Source: Mustelus asterias
Lineage: Eukaryota
Assembly: GCF_964213995.1 (NCBI RefSeq)
Contig: NC_135823.1
Location: 930,001-994,000 of the forward strand
Reading direction: 5' to 3'
Length of the DNA: 64,000 bases
Shown: piece by piece, positions 22,030 through 34,544 of the stretch
How positions within the stretch are numbered: position 1 is the first letter of the stretch
Layout: each line of letters opens with the position of its first letter
Position numbers and translations under genes: made by a program
The notes under the pieces: model-generated
Seen by the model: only the letters and a program-made list of their open reading frames with translations
Told to the model about the DNA's origin: nothing
Databases searched by the model: none

Positions 22030-22910
22030 ATCTCGAATTGCAACGCGATCTTGAGCAATTGGGCCAGTAGGCTGAAAAATGGCAGATGGAGTTCAATTTA
22101 GATCAATGCGAGGTGATGCATTTTGGTACATCAAACCAGATGGGGACTAACTCAGTTAATGAGACGGCGTTGGGGAGAGATATAGAATAAAGAGATCTAG
22201 GGGTACAAGTTCATAGCTGCTTGAAAGTGGAGTCACAGGTGGGCAAAATGGTGAAGAAGGCATTCGGCATGTTGGATTACATTTGTCAGAACACTGAAGA
22301 CAGGAGTTGGGACGTTTTGTTGACGTTGTACAAGACATTGGTACGGGAACACTTGGGATACTGAGTACAATTCTCGTCACCCTATTACAGAAAGGATATT
22401 ATTAAACTATGAATAATGCAGAACAAGATTTACTAGGACGCTATCGGGGCTTGGTGGTTTGAGTTATAAGGAGAGGCTGGATAGACTGGGACATTTTTCT
22501 CTGGAGTGTAGGAGGCTTAGGGATTTTCTGATAGAGGTCTATAAAATAATGAAGCGCATAGATCAGCTAGATAGTCAATATATTTTCCCAAAGGTAGAGG
22601 AGTCTAAAACTAGAGGTCATAGGTTTAAGGTGAGAGGGGAGAGATACACAAGTATCCAGACAGGTAATTTATTTCATACAGAAGATGGTGAGTGTCTGGA
22701 ACAAGTTACCAGAGGTCGTAGTGGACGGGGGCAAAATTTTGTCTTTTAAAATGCGTTTAGATAGTTCCACGGAGAAGATGAGTATAGAGGGATATGGGCC
22801 AAATGCGGGCAATTGGGGTTAGCTGACTGGCTAAAAAAAGTGGCGGCATGGACAAGTTGGGCTGAAGGGCCTGTTTCCATGCTGTAACCGCTGTGACTCA
22901 ATGACTTTAA
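22030..22910 (+). mobile_element. CR1 LINE 3' fragment
   Basis: SYKERLDRLGHFSLECRRLRDFLIEVYKIMK..KTRGHRFKVRG. Confidence 0.85.
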
Positions 22911-22957
22911 GAATCTATATTGCCCAAATATCACTAACTCTGAAACTGACACAAGGC

Positions 22958-23305
22958 CGTAAAATCATGAGGGACATCGGTAGGGTTGAGAGTCAGACTA
23001 TTTTTCCTCGAGTTGAAATGTCGAATACGAGGGGCCATGCACTTAAGGTGAGAGGGGGAATGTTCAAAGGAGGTGTGAGGGGCAAGTGCTTTTGCGGTAG
23101 CTGTCTGGAACACGCTGCCAGGAGTGCTGGTGGAGACAAATACGATATGGGTGTTTAAGGGACTTTTCGATATGCACATCAATATGCAAGGAATAGAGGG
23201 ATATGGACCAAAGGCAGGTAGAAGGGATTTGTTCATTTTTGCTTCATGTTCAGCACAATATCAAGGGCCCAAGTTCCTGTTCCTGTGCTGTACTGTCCTA
23301 TGTGC
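22958..23305 (+). mobile_element. CR1 LINE 3' fragment
   Basis: KIMRDIGRVESQTIFPRVEMSNTRGHALKVRG plus 3' UTR. Confidence 0.75.
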
Positions 23306-23359
23306 CATGCTCTATTTTTGCCCAGCTTTACCATTTTGGATTATTGGGTGTCCCAGCCG

Positions 23360-23762
23360 GCTGAAAGTACAAGGTTTGCAGATCCATGTCCTACCCCAAT
23401 GATTTCGACCAGTTTGCCAGTACTGAGGGACTGCTGCACTTCCGAGGCTCAGATTTTCGGGTTCGGTGTTAATTGAGGCACTATCTGCAATCCATGAAAC
23501 TCACGTGAACAGCCACCATTGGAGGCAACGCAGTATTGGGACAAATGCAGGGGTTTCGCGGGTGAAGCTTTCCCCTTGATTTGGGGCCAATATTGATCTG
23601 TAAATAAACACTTCGCTTGTGGGATCCTGGTGTGTGAAAATTGGCTTGCTGCATTTCCAACTTAACAATTCAGTTGACAATTCAACACATCCTTTAGTGA
23701 TCCTTGCAAATGATATTCGCATGCCCGAGGCCGCGAACAATGTCATAGATTTGTAAGTCTAA
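23360..23762 (+). mobile_element. Highly diverged DeuSINE (SacSINE1/AmnSINE1-like) remnant
   Basis: cagtactgagggactgctgcact.. and ttgtgggatcctggtgtgtgaaaattggct.. resemble the recalled Deu-domain consensus; weaker pieces at ~37500-37690 and ~51115-51240. Confidence 0.45.
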
Positions 23763-24534
23763 CTTGCCTTTAAGTCAAACATTTGCTGAGATCCAACACA
23801 GATGTTTATTAGTTCAGTAAAATAAATAGTACCTCCATGAGAGCTTAACGTTCTGAGAATGTTCAACTGTGATTGTTGCAATTTCTGTTTCTGCCCACAA
23901 GGTGCCGCTCTAACTCGACCCATGCATTTATTTTATTATCCTATCCTGCCACAGTGACATATGTCTGCTGCATTTTCCCTTCCGCTGTTCCTTTTCTTTG
24001 TCAAGCGCTCGCTACGTCCCATGCTGGGAGGGATGTCCGCCATTGATTCACGACGATAAGTCATTCATTTAAATCACAGCCAAAGGAAGGCATCTTCAGA
24101 ATGGAGAGGAAAGGGAAATTCTGATCGGAGAGGATGCTGCAAAGGCTCTGTCCCTGATAGAGGACTTTTTTCCAGTAGCTGGACAATGTGGGAACATATG
24201 CCGCCATTGCGCTATCCAATTGTGAAATTGCTTGGCTGATTTCCAAAATAGGCTTGGTACAAGTTATGTATTTTGCACAGGATAGCAGCCGGATATATTG
24301 TCGAAAACTTTATCACGTTTACCTTCTACTGCAGTTGTTCTGCCTCCGCGAATATATATGCACCTCACAATTCTCGGGGTTGAATATAGCATGCGAGAAC
24401 TCTGCATATCGGAAGAGTCCACAAATAACTTCCTGTTATCCTCCTCGAGATCCTCAGCCTATATTTTCCGATGGAAAGGATGTTGGACCCGGATCCTCAA
24501 TCTGAGAGAACAGGAAAAAATATTTGATGTTTGG

Positions 24535-25045
24535 TAAAATGTAGGTGCAGAACGTAATGAGGATGACAAATAGAATTCCTAATGGAATAGCGTATAAGAG
24601 TGGTGAAGTGCAGTTGCAACTGTATAGGGCACTGTTGAGGCTGCATTTGGAGTACTACACACAGTTGTGTTCCCGCTACTTGAGGAAAGAACCAAACGCA
24701 TTAAGATTAACCAGTTTAGGTATATTCTTGCTGGAGAATAGAATAATGACAGACGTTCTAATTGAGTTACAGATGATGCTAAGCAGCTCAGTTAAGATGA
24801 TAGACGTAGAGCCGATGGTTCCTTTTGTTATTCACAGGCTGGAGGCCATATTTTTAGGCTAAAGTACGGCAGATTCAAAACAGAGAGTGGGAATTATTTC
24901 ACTCAAATGCTGGTGAATCTGTGGAATTCCCTACCCCTATGTGCAGTGATAGCCAGAGCAAGAAAGAGTAGCAGATAGGTAGATGAAAGGTTATGTGGTA
25001 AGATCAGAAAGGTGGACATTACCGTCTCCTAATTCTTATATTATG
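24535..25045 (+). mobile_element. Old CR1 LINE fragment
   Basis: GIAYKSGEVQLQLYRALLRLHLEYYTQL. Confidence 0.7.
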
Positions 25046-25384
25046 ATGTGCGAATTAGAAGTGGGTTTAAGAAGGCACAGGGCAGCTCAAAGACTCGCTG
25101 GAAATTTTGGCTGCATCATTGTTATAGTTGCATGGAATATAAGTTGTGACGCATCACTGCTGCGTCCAGGGAGAGAGCACATTTACATTTACTGCTGAGA
25201 GAGGATTATCACCTATCAATCTGCCCTTTCTGTGAAATGGCTCATTAAATTATATCAACTAAATCGTAGACTCGGAGCCATTTGCATCTCAGAAGGACGC
25301 CATTCGGTCTGTCATGCAAGTGCCAGGCCTTGAATGTGTACTGCAGTCCCGCATCCCAGCTGTCTCTGCAAAAATTATTTTGCA

Positions 25385-26402
25385 TGTTGCAACCAACCCA
25401 CTAAATATATTACCTAGACTGCGTTAAGGCTCAAGCGAGAAAGTCCGAGATGTTTAATGAAGATAGCCTAGATCCTATGTTCTTACATTTGAATTTGGTC
25501 TGAGGGTGAGCATAAGGTGTTTCACTCCAGGTATGATTCAAGTGACACTCTAGGAAGCTTTTAACAAAGAAAATGTATTTAAGAACATACTTAAAATTAA
25601 ATAAAAATAAATTGCATAACTTTGACCAGTTACAAGTTTCAAACAAAATACTGTATTGATCTTATCAGCGAACTATCTCTGATGCTCCAAGTCAAACAAC
25701 ACGCCCCAAACAATACACCCCTCCCTGGAGTGGCACAGGAAGCAGGTATGCTCATGTGATGCTGGGTTTTCAGTGTTTTTTAACACCTGTTGTGAATTGG
25801 TCCTTTGAATGTTGGATTAAATCTCTGAGGCTTCCAAGTCCTCGAACTTTCCAGAAAGTCTCTGGAGAGAGAAAGGAACAGAGAGACCCACTGTCAGCGT
25901 TCATCAGCTGCTAACAGCAACACACAGACAGCAGAATGTCCAACTCCACAGAGATGGGAAAGCATTGTTGCTGCTCTTTACCTCAGGATACCATTGAACA
26001 GCTAAACTGAAAACATGGGCATTTCTGCGACAAATAGAATTGTACCCAAGCATCATCTGATCTGTCAATCATGCTCCATCCAACAATTCCTAAAGGATCA
26101 TAAAACCCCAGGACACTGCATTAGTTCAGATTAAAACTAAACACGGAGCAGGATTTTAAGGCCTTTCAAAATCCCGCCCAATGTAAATGGATTTTGCTAT
26201 GGACTGTCCCTCGCCCGCTCTGATTCTTGTGGCAGGAGGGACGGTACAATTCCGACCAAGCTGTCCATCATACAGCTTCAGTAACAATTGGAGACATCGT
26301 CTGCAGACAAAACGGTGCCAATAAAATGCTCGGAGCTGCTAGTAAAAACCTAGACGTAAACTTGATTAAAAATACATTTGTTAAAAGCACAGCTCCGTCA
26401 GA
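25385..26402 (-). mobile_element. Putative solo LTR, same family as 6325-7155
   Basis: Shared blocks (gggtgagcataaggtgtttcactc; aacagcaacacacagacagc; ttaaaagcacag..cgtca) in the same order. Confidence 0.5.
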
Positions 26403-26844
26403 ATTGCCTCCAACATATATTGACGTGTATGGACACAACTTATTCTTGAATATAATAGTTTGGACATTAATGCAATTGGCTCTTCAAATCAGCATGTCAG
26501 TCACACGTGCGAGGAAATTTGAAATGATTTTTACTGTGATATATTTTCCAGCGACCTTTAATTTAAGAAACATTAAACATCTGAACTGGAAGTCATTGGT
26601 CTGATTATTACTGGATCATTAGTTTGATTATTAACTTCTGATATCATCTATAAATTCGAACGATTCACATTCCTATCGAATATAAATAGGCTCAAATTAA
26701 TATTGGTTATTTTGCTGTAAAATACAGGCCTCACTGATTGCAAACTTACTCTGCAGACAATTTTTAAAAGTTTAAGATGGATATGTTAACCCTCCCAAAC
26801 GCAATTAATTCGTTCGGAAGTTTGCTTTATCCATCGGCAGAATT

Positions 26845-27690
26845 TGATTTGTTTTGATTTGATTTATTATTGTCACATGTATTAGGACACACAATGAAAA
26901 TTACTGTTTCTTGCGTGGTATACAGAGAAAACAAACCGTTCATAGCTTATGTAGATTTGATTTATCAATGTCACATGAATTGGTACACAGTTAAAATTAT
27001 TGCTTCCTGCGCGCTATCGAGGCAAAACATACTGTTCATAGAGTACATCGATTTGATTTATTATTGCCACATGTATTGGGGTGAAATGTATTGTTTCTTG
27101 CACGATATACAGACAAAGCATACCTTTCATCGAATATAAAGGGTAACAGGAGAGGAGAAGGTGTGTTATAGCCACAGCTCGAGTTTGCAGAAAGATCAAC
27201 CTAATATAAGGTATCTCCATTCAAAGGTCTGATGGCAGAAGGGAAAAACCTGTTTTTGAGATGGTTGGTACGTGATCTCAGAATTTTGTATTTATTTTTC
27301 GATGGAAGAAGTTGGAAGAGAAAATATCCGGGTATGTGGGGTCCTTGGTTATGCTTTTCCAAAGCAACGGGAAGTTTAGACGGAGTCAATGGATGGGAGG
27401 CTGGTTTGCCTGATGGACTGGGCTACCTCCATAACCCTTTGTAGCTTCTTGCTAGCTTGGATATGGCAGGAGCCAGACCAAACTCTGACACATCAAGAAA
27501 GAATGCTTTCTATGGTGCATGTATAAAAAATGGTGAGAGCCGTAGCGGACATGCCAAACTTCCTTAGCGCCCTGAAAAATCGAGGTGTTGATGGGCTTTC
27601 GTAACAATGGGTGGAGGGTCCAGGACAGATTGTTGGTGATCTGGAGGCCAATAAACTTGAAGCTCTCGACAATTTCCAATTCATCAGACA
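26845..27690 (-). mobile_element. Rex1/Babar-like LINE 3' fragment with triplicated tail
   Basis: DELEIVESFKFIGLQITNNLSW..LRKFGMSATALTIFYTCTIESILS; paralogue of 2790-3460. Confidence 0.75.
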
Positions 27691-28006
27691 GGGGCATGCC
27701 CTCCACTACGCTTCCTGGAATCGATGACATATAGCCCTTGGTTACTGCCGATAAATAAATCCTGAGTTCGGAACGTTAACCTCACTAAGAATGAATCAGA
27801 AACGAACGTGACAATTATTGAAGTATCTGTACCATGGGAACAGCTTTGGGAATGAATTGGTTTTGAGACGGTCTGAAATACAATGAGACTGTGAATTAGC
27901 TTTACAAAATGTTTCACTTACTCTCTTTTCACTGAAGGATTTGTTCACACCGTTATCTGAAAAAAGAAACAACAAGTAAAACCTGAAGCGATGTCTATGA
28001 ATCGTG

Positions 28007-28317
28007 GGCAGCAAGGTGGCACAGTGGTTAGCACTGCTACGTCACAGCGCCAGGAGCCCGGTTCAATTCCCAGCTTGCGTGACTGTCTGTGAGAAGGCTG
28101 CACATTCTCCCCGTGTCTGTGTGTTTTCTGCGGCTGCTCGAGTTCCCTCCCAGAGTCCAAACATCGTGCTGGTTCGATCCATTGGCCAGGCTAAATTCTC
28201 CCTCAGTATACTCGAACAGTCGCCACAGTGTGGTGCCTCGGGAATTGTCAAAGCAACTTCATTGCAGTGTTAATGTAAGATTAATCATGACACAAATCAA
28301 GAAAAAAATTAACTTTA
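28007..28317 (+). mobile_element. HE1-type tRNA SINE
   Basis: Same consensus; paralogue of 2190-2482. Confidence 0.75.
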
Positions 28318-28494
28318 AAAATCTCCCCCCATCAGCCTCTGTGCCGAATCTAATACCCAACGAGAATGAAGATGTATCAGCGTGGCAGATGGGCAAACGG
28401 TAAACATGCACAATCGGAAGAGAAAATTAGAACTCATATTACGAGATATTCAGGAGGATGATCATGAATGAAAGCTTTGAGACAAGAGCGAGTT

Positions 28495-28765
28495 ATTTAT
28501 GTATTATTGATTAGTGGCCCAATAGGCTAGCAATGAAACTGCTGCTAAAATCCCCGTGTCAGCACAGTCCAGCGCCTTTTCGAGTTCACTGAGGGAGAAT
28601 TTAGTGCACCGAAGGAACACTTCTTTCGGACTGTGGGAGGAAACCGGGGCACCCAGTGGAAACACACGCAGACACGGGGAGAATGTGTAAGCTCCTCACA
28701 GACAGTCAGCCACGGCTGGAATGAAACCCAGGTTCCCGGCGCTGTGACGCAGCCATGCTAACCAG
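28495..28765 (-). mobile_element. HE1-type tRNA SINE
   Basis: Same consensus; paralogue of 1712-2000. Confidence 0.7.
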
Positions 28766-29064
28766 AGGAATGCAGTCCCGAGTTAGTGTGGGTTGTGGCT
28801 GGGAGGACAATTGGATGTTGTCATGTTCTCATGTCCCCATTGCTCCTGCCACCTACTTCCGGGATAGTGCCAAAATCGTTGCCCTCTCACCTTCAAGCTA
28901 TGCCCTCTGGCATTGCACTTTCGGACTTTCCTACCCTCAGTAAAAGCCATTGGCTATTCACCTTATCTATGTCCCTCGTGATTTTATAAACCTCTATAAG
29001 TTTAAACTCACGCACAGTTTACAAATGAATGTGATAACAAGGAACCATTTAGATTTTTAAACAT

Positions 29065-29345
29065 TTATTTGTGTCACAGGTAGTCTCACGTTTCTACTGT
29101 AATGAGGTTACTGTGAAAATCCCATAGGCGCCGACTCCGGCGCCTATCCCCGTACGGAGAATTTAGCATGGTCAATGGACCTAACCAGCACATCCGACGG
29201 ACTGTGAGAGGAAACCAGCGCATTCGGAGGAAATCCACGCAGAAACGGGGAAAACATGCAGACTCCGCACAGTGACCCAAGCCAGGAATTGAACTCAGGT
29301 CACTGGCGCTGTGAGGCATCAGTGCTGATCATTGCGCCGCAGTGC
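29065..29345 (-). mobile_element. HE1-type tRNA SINE
   Basis: Same consensus; paralogue of 297-590. Confidence 0.75.
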
Positions 29346-29579
29346 CACTCCGTTGGTGTATTCGCTATGAATCATTTCGACGTACGACTCTTTTTGATGA
29401 AGTTGCTTCTTAAATTCACTGCGAAAATGCAAACCCAACTCCAGGGGAATATATCTGGAATACTCATCGGTTGTCTTTTTTTTGCATCGAAGATCTGCGC
29501 CCCTCCATAATGCAAAGAGAAATTGCAACGCTGGGGTCGGTGAAAACAGGATTTGTAAGAAGGATACAGAAGGCGCAGT

Positions 29580-29912
29580 AATAGAGGTTTATAGCACGGA
29601 AACAGGCCCTTCGGTCCAATTTGTCCATGCCACCCATTTTTTTAAACTCCTAAGCTAGTCTCAATTGCCCGCATTTGACCCATATCCCTCTATGCCCATC
29701 TTGCCCATGTAACTGTCTAAACACTTCATAAAGTACAAAATGTTAGCCGCATCTACTCCTACCTCTGGCAGCTTGTTCCAGACACTCACCACCCTCTGTG
29801 TGAAAGAAGTGCCCCTCTGGACCCTTTTGTATCTTTCCCCTCTCACCTTAAACCTGTGCCATCTAGTTTTAGACTCCACTACCTTTGGGGAAAGATGTTG
29901 ACTATCGAGCTG
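29580..29912 (-). mobile_element. CR1 LINE 3' fragment
   Basis: RFKVRGERYKRVQRGTSFTQRVVSVWNKLPEV. Confidence 0.8.
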
Positions 29913-29929
29913 ATCGCACAGGAAAACAC

Positions 29930-31095
29930 AGGCGAGATGGATACAGAACTGGCTGAGCGATTAAATACAGAGGTTAGTAGTGGAAGCGTGCGTTTCTAAA
30001 TGAAGAACTGTGACAATTGGCGTTCCTCAGGGATCAGTGCTGGGACCTTTGCCGTTCGTAATACATGTAAATGATTTGGAGGAAAATGTAACTGGTTTGA
30101 TCAGTACTTTTGCGGATGACACAAATATTGGCGGAATTGCGGATAGCGAAGGGGGCCATCAGAAGTTACAACAGGATATAGGTCTGTTGGAGACTTGGGC
30201 AGAAAGATGGCAGATGGAGTTTAATCCGGACAAATGTGAGGTATTGCATTTTGGAAGGTCCAATACAGATGGTAAATATGCAGTAAATGTCAGAACCCAT
30301 AAGAGTATTGAGAGGCAGAGGGATCTGAGTGTACAGTACTCAGGTCACTGAAAGTGGCAACTCAGGTGGAGAAAGTAGTCAAGAAGACAGAAGGCATGCT
30401 TGCTTTCATTGTCCGGATCACTGAGTTTAAAAATTGGCAAGACTTGTCGCAGCTTTGTGGGACCTTCGTTTGGCCACACTTGGAATATCGTGTTCAATTC
30501 TGGTCGCCATAGTACCAAAAGGATGTGAAGGCTTTGGAGAGGATGAAGCAAAGAATTACACGGATGTTGCCTGGTATGGAGCGCATAGCTATGAGGAGAG
30601 GTTGGAGAAACTTTGTTTGTTCTCACTGGAACGACGGAGGTTGAGGGGCGACATGATAAAAGTCTGCAAGATGATGAGGGGCATGGACACAGTGAATAGA
30701 CAGAAGGTTTTCCCCAGGGTGCAGGCGTCAATTGCTGGGTCGGGAGCGGCGGGGGGGGGGGGGGGGGGGGGGAGGGGGGGGTTGTTGAGGTGGGTGGGGG
30801 CGTGTTTGGGGGTTGGAAACAATTAAGGTGCGAGGGGCTCGGTTTAAAGGAAATGTCCGAGGAACGTTTCTAAAACAGAGGAAGGTGGGTGCCTGGAACT
30901 CACTGCCGTGGAAGGCAGTAGAAGCAGATACGACAGGAACTTTTAAGGGGCGTCTGGACATTTTCATGAATAGGATGGGAATAGAGGGATATGGTCCCTG
31001 GAAAGGTAGGGGGGCTTTAGTTAAGGCAGGCAACATGGTCGGTGGTGGCCTGGAGGGCCGAAGGGCCTGTTCCAGTGCTGTAATGCTTTTATTAT
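29930..31095 (+). mobile_element. CR1 LINE fragment including RT motifs, with internal poly-G tract
   Basis: GVPQGSVLGP..FADDT..WQMEFNPDKCEVLHFG; 29567-31110 is absent from the paralogous site at position ~70. Confidence 0.88.
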
Positions 31096-32242
31096 TTATT
31101 TTTATTTCTTGAAAGCAGGACTGAGGTTTCATAAATAACAGGAAAGGCAAACAGGCTCGGGCTCTTTTTACTCAAGAACATAAGGCTGACAGGTGACAGA
31201 AGAAATATGTTAAACAATGGAACCGCAGCACCATCTCAGTGCAGAATGTCGATTTATAGGGGTTGGCGTGGGGGGGGGGGGGGGGGGGGGGCGGCGGTGG
31301 TGGGAAAGGGGGTGGGGGGGGGGGGGGAGGTGCGCGGATGGCCTAACGATGTTATCGCTAGATCGACAAACTCAGTTAATGTTCGCGATACACAGTTTTG
31401 AATCCCTCCACGGCAGATGATGGAATTTGAAGTCAATAACAAAAAGTCGGGAATGACGAATCTAATGACCATGAAACCATTGTCGATTGCCTGAAAAAAA
31501 CATCCAGTTCACTAATGCCCTTTAGAGGTGGCATTCAGCCGTCCTTACCTGATCTGGAGTACATGTGACTACAGAGCTACAGCAATGTGGTTGACTCTCA
31601 ACTGTCCTTGGGCAACTAAGCATTGGCAATTATCTTTTTTTTAAAAATGCTCAACCTCGAATTGGATTTTATTCTGAGGATTCAGCATCCATCCATCCAA
31701 TAGAACAGTGACCTATGATCCCCAAAAGGTATTGATATGTATACTACCATCTGGGTGCTCTGTCGCACAACCAGTGAGGTACGTCAAATGAATGTTGCAT
31801 TCGCCTGAACAATTCATCACAATGATGTCACAATTTCCACAGCGCAGCTCGTCATAGTTTTCAGCGAATCTGAAAAGGCCCAACTCAATGTGACTCAGAT
31901 CAGGTCAGTCTGCAGCCATTGTGCCTGCAGAAGGAATCCAGTCAGACAGAAAACAAGGAAAACTATATCAAGATGCCGAAAGGCTCCTTATCTCTGATAA
32001 TCATTTTCCAAGTAGTGCGGTTTCACTGTCAGTAAGAGGCGGGAGGGAATTTTAAGCGAAATCACTTTTATAAACCGGAATGACATTTTTCTCAGCTGAA
32101 AACGTGAGCCAGTGATCAGGTGAAGATCATTGGCGTGATCATATCAGTTCATTTACTGGTTGCATCCATAAAACTAAGAAAACATAAATTGAAAAATAAA
32201 TCTAACCAATAATGATTACAAAGAATAATGATATTGGATGGT

Positions 32243-32541
32243 ATGGTGGCACAGTATTTAACACTGCTGCCTCACAGCGCCAGGGACACGGGTTCGATTC
32301 CCAGCTTGTGTACCTGACTGTGGGGGGTCTGCATGTTCACCCCATGTCTGCCTGGGTTCCCTCTGGTTGCTCCAGTTTTATCCTGCATTCTGAAAGACGT
32401 GTTGCTTACGTGCGTTGGCTATATGAAATTCTACCTCCGTGTACCCAAACTGGCACCAGAGTATCGCGACGGGGGGATTTTCACAGCAACTTAATTGCAG
32501 TGTTAATGTAACTCTAATTCTGACAATAACAAATAAACTTT
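32243..32541 (+). mobile_element. HE1-type tRNA SINE just upstream of gene B V exon
   Basis: Same consensus with gggttcgattccc B box. Confidence 0.78.
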
Positions 32542-32619
32542 AATTTGAGGCGATTTTACTTCCAGAGGCGGCTTCAGGTATTTCAGTGATCGGTGCTTAT
32601 GCAACAAAAATCTCTCCAG

Positions 32620-32952
32620 TTACAGAATCGGAGTCCTTCCTGTCTTAGATCTCTTTCACAATGAAAGCTGAAGTTGGCCACACGGTCGAATTATCCTGTC
32701 ATTAAACTTATGAAGTGGTTTTGGCGTCTAACTATGCGTGGTGCAAACAGCGTCTGGGCCAAGCCCCGATACTAATGAAAATTACATCTTGTACTGCCGC
32801 CGACTGCAAGTTTATTTCTGAAAAAGGCAATTCGGGAAATGTATTGATTCTGAAAATTCGCAATGTCTAGATGAATGACTCGGGTTCCAACTACTGTACA
32901 AATATCGCTGGGTCTTCACTATTCTGGAATGGACCTACACTCCTGGATGGAG
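32620..32952 (+). pseudogene. Gene B VJ exon (pseudo)
   Basis: Manual translation: VTESESFLS*ISFTMKAEVGHTVELSCH*TYEVVLASNYAWCKQRLGQAPILMKITSCTAADCKFISEKGNSGNVLILKIRNV*MNDSGSNYCTNIAGSSLFWNGPTLLDG; acceptor ctctccag|, donor GAG|GTAAGA; stops at 32646, 32703, 32868. Confidence 0.88.
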
Positions 32953-33042
32953 GTAAGAGAGCAAGTGAAATTCATTTAGATCGTGCACAGAATTACCATC
33001 GTGTATAAATTAATCGTTAACTGTTTCCCAATCTCTGTCCAG

Positions 33043-33370
33043 ACAGTTCCACGAACAAGTCGCCAGTGGAGGTATTTGTCCCGCCGTGTGAGCTGGATTT
33101 TTATGATAATGTTCCCTTTGTGTGTTTGATCAGTGGAGTTTCTTCCAAGCAGATCGTTATTTTCTGCAATATGTTCGGCCTGGTCACTGATCCCGGGTGA
33201 TCCCGGGACAATGGAGGAGGATGAGATCTACAGCATCAGAAGTCATGTCATGGTGTCGAGGCAAGTCTGTAGAAGCGACGGTGTCTGTATTTGTACTGTT
33301 CATATGGGGACTTCAGGCAAATATTGGACGAAGATTGTGTCTTTCCCGAAAGCAGCAGAGAGTGGGACAG
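33043..33370 (+). pseudogene. Gene B C1 exon (pseudo, frameshifted)
   Basis: DSSTNKSPVEVFVPP..VPFVCLISGVSSKQIVIFCN.. then DPGTMEEDEIYSIRSHVMVSRQVCRSDGVCICTVH; aligns by eye with gene A C1; tandem TGATCCCGGG x2 at 33188-33207; donor CAG|GTGAGT. Confidence 0.88.
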
Positions 33371-33491
33371 GTGAGTTGCTCATCCCACAATGATGGTTTG
33401 AATTCAACTGGTAATCAGTTGGGGTAATGAACCAGATACTCTGAAACTGAAGATTGTAATTTAAATAGGAGAAATCTCCAATTTTAACTAC

Positions 33492-33825
33492 TTTACTTAT
33501 TTATTAGTGTCACAAGTATGCTTACATCAAGACTGCCATGAAATTGTTGTGAAAATTCCACAGTCGCCACACTCGTGCACCTGTTTGGATGCACTGAAGG
33601 AGAATGCACGTAACCGACAGATATTTGGACAATAAGGAAAATTTAGCCTGGCCATTTCACCTAATCAGCACGTCCTTCGGCCTGGGCGATGAAACCGGAG
33701 CACCTGGAGGAAACATATGCGTACACGGGGAGAACGTGCAGACTCCACACAGACAGTGGCCGAAGCCTGGAATCGAACCAGGGTTCCTGGTGCTATGAGG
33801 CAGCAGTGCTGATCACCGAGCATCC
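33492..33825 (-). mobile_element. HE1-type tRNA SINE
   Basis: Same consensus, reverse strand. Confidence 0.75.
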
Positions 33826-34544
33826 GTGACTCCCGTAGCCCCGTCACCTTTCCCTTTCAAGTTAGAATGTGATTTCCCTGTTGAAAGTTTTTATTGAATC
33901 TGCTTCCCCCACCCGGTTCAGACAGTGGTTTTTGAAACTGAGTTGAGGTCAGTCCGACGCATTGGAATCAGGAACCCGAGGCATTAGTTCAATTTCCGAG
34001 AATCTCACTTCACAATCTCTACTTTCGCTTTGGTATCTGTTTTATTTTTAATTCCAAGTACTTGCAATCCAACTGCATGAAAGTCAGGATCTAAAGAAGC
34101 ACAAATTTTGTATTTTTGGATTATTTTAAGATGTTTGATTTTGTGACTTGCGACACGCCTGAAAGTCCAATGGAAACATATATAACAATACATTTCGCAA
34201 ATGGAATTGCAGGTGGACTCGCTGGTGTGAATTGTGCTGGGCTGTGAGGGGACATTTTGTAGAGTAGTACAATTTCAATAGATCTTTCAATGATACAGCT
34301 GTGGGTCTGTATCATTCTATGATTCAGTTTTCAAATAAATGTTGGCCTGATGTTTCTACCATTCAACCCGATACACTCTGAGTGTGGAACTATTCTGCCA
34401 GACCTGTCAGATTATTGATCCATACTCGCAAAAATGATGCAATTCATTCCATCCTTTACATTCACGGGTTGCGACCAATTAAATGTGTTGTCTACTTTCA
34501 TTTCACTCCAGAGTTTGAGGGTGCCATGTTTTACATTTTGTAAT

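Noticed and set aside
23894-23910. CTCF-like motif cccacaaggtgccgctc (weaker ones at ~42448 and ~8219)
   Set aside because: Mismatched short motifs are expected by chance in 64 kb; no supporting data.
31716-31785. Possible gene B leader exon (MYTTIWVLCRTTSE|gtacgt)
   Set aside because: Donor is phase 0 while the V exon needs phase 1; only fits with assumed frameshifts, so not called.
32243-32310. tRNA gene
   Set aside because: A/B-box-like head continues into SINE body; repeated many times in the window.
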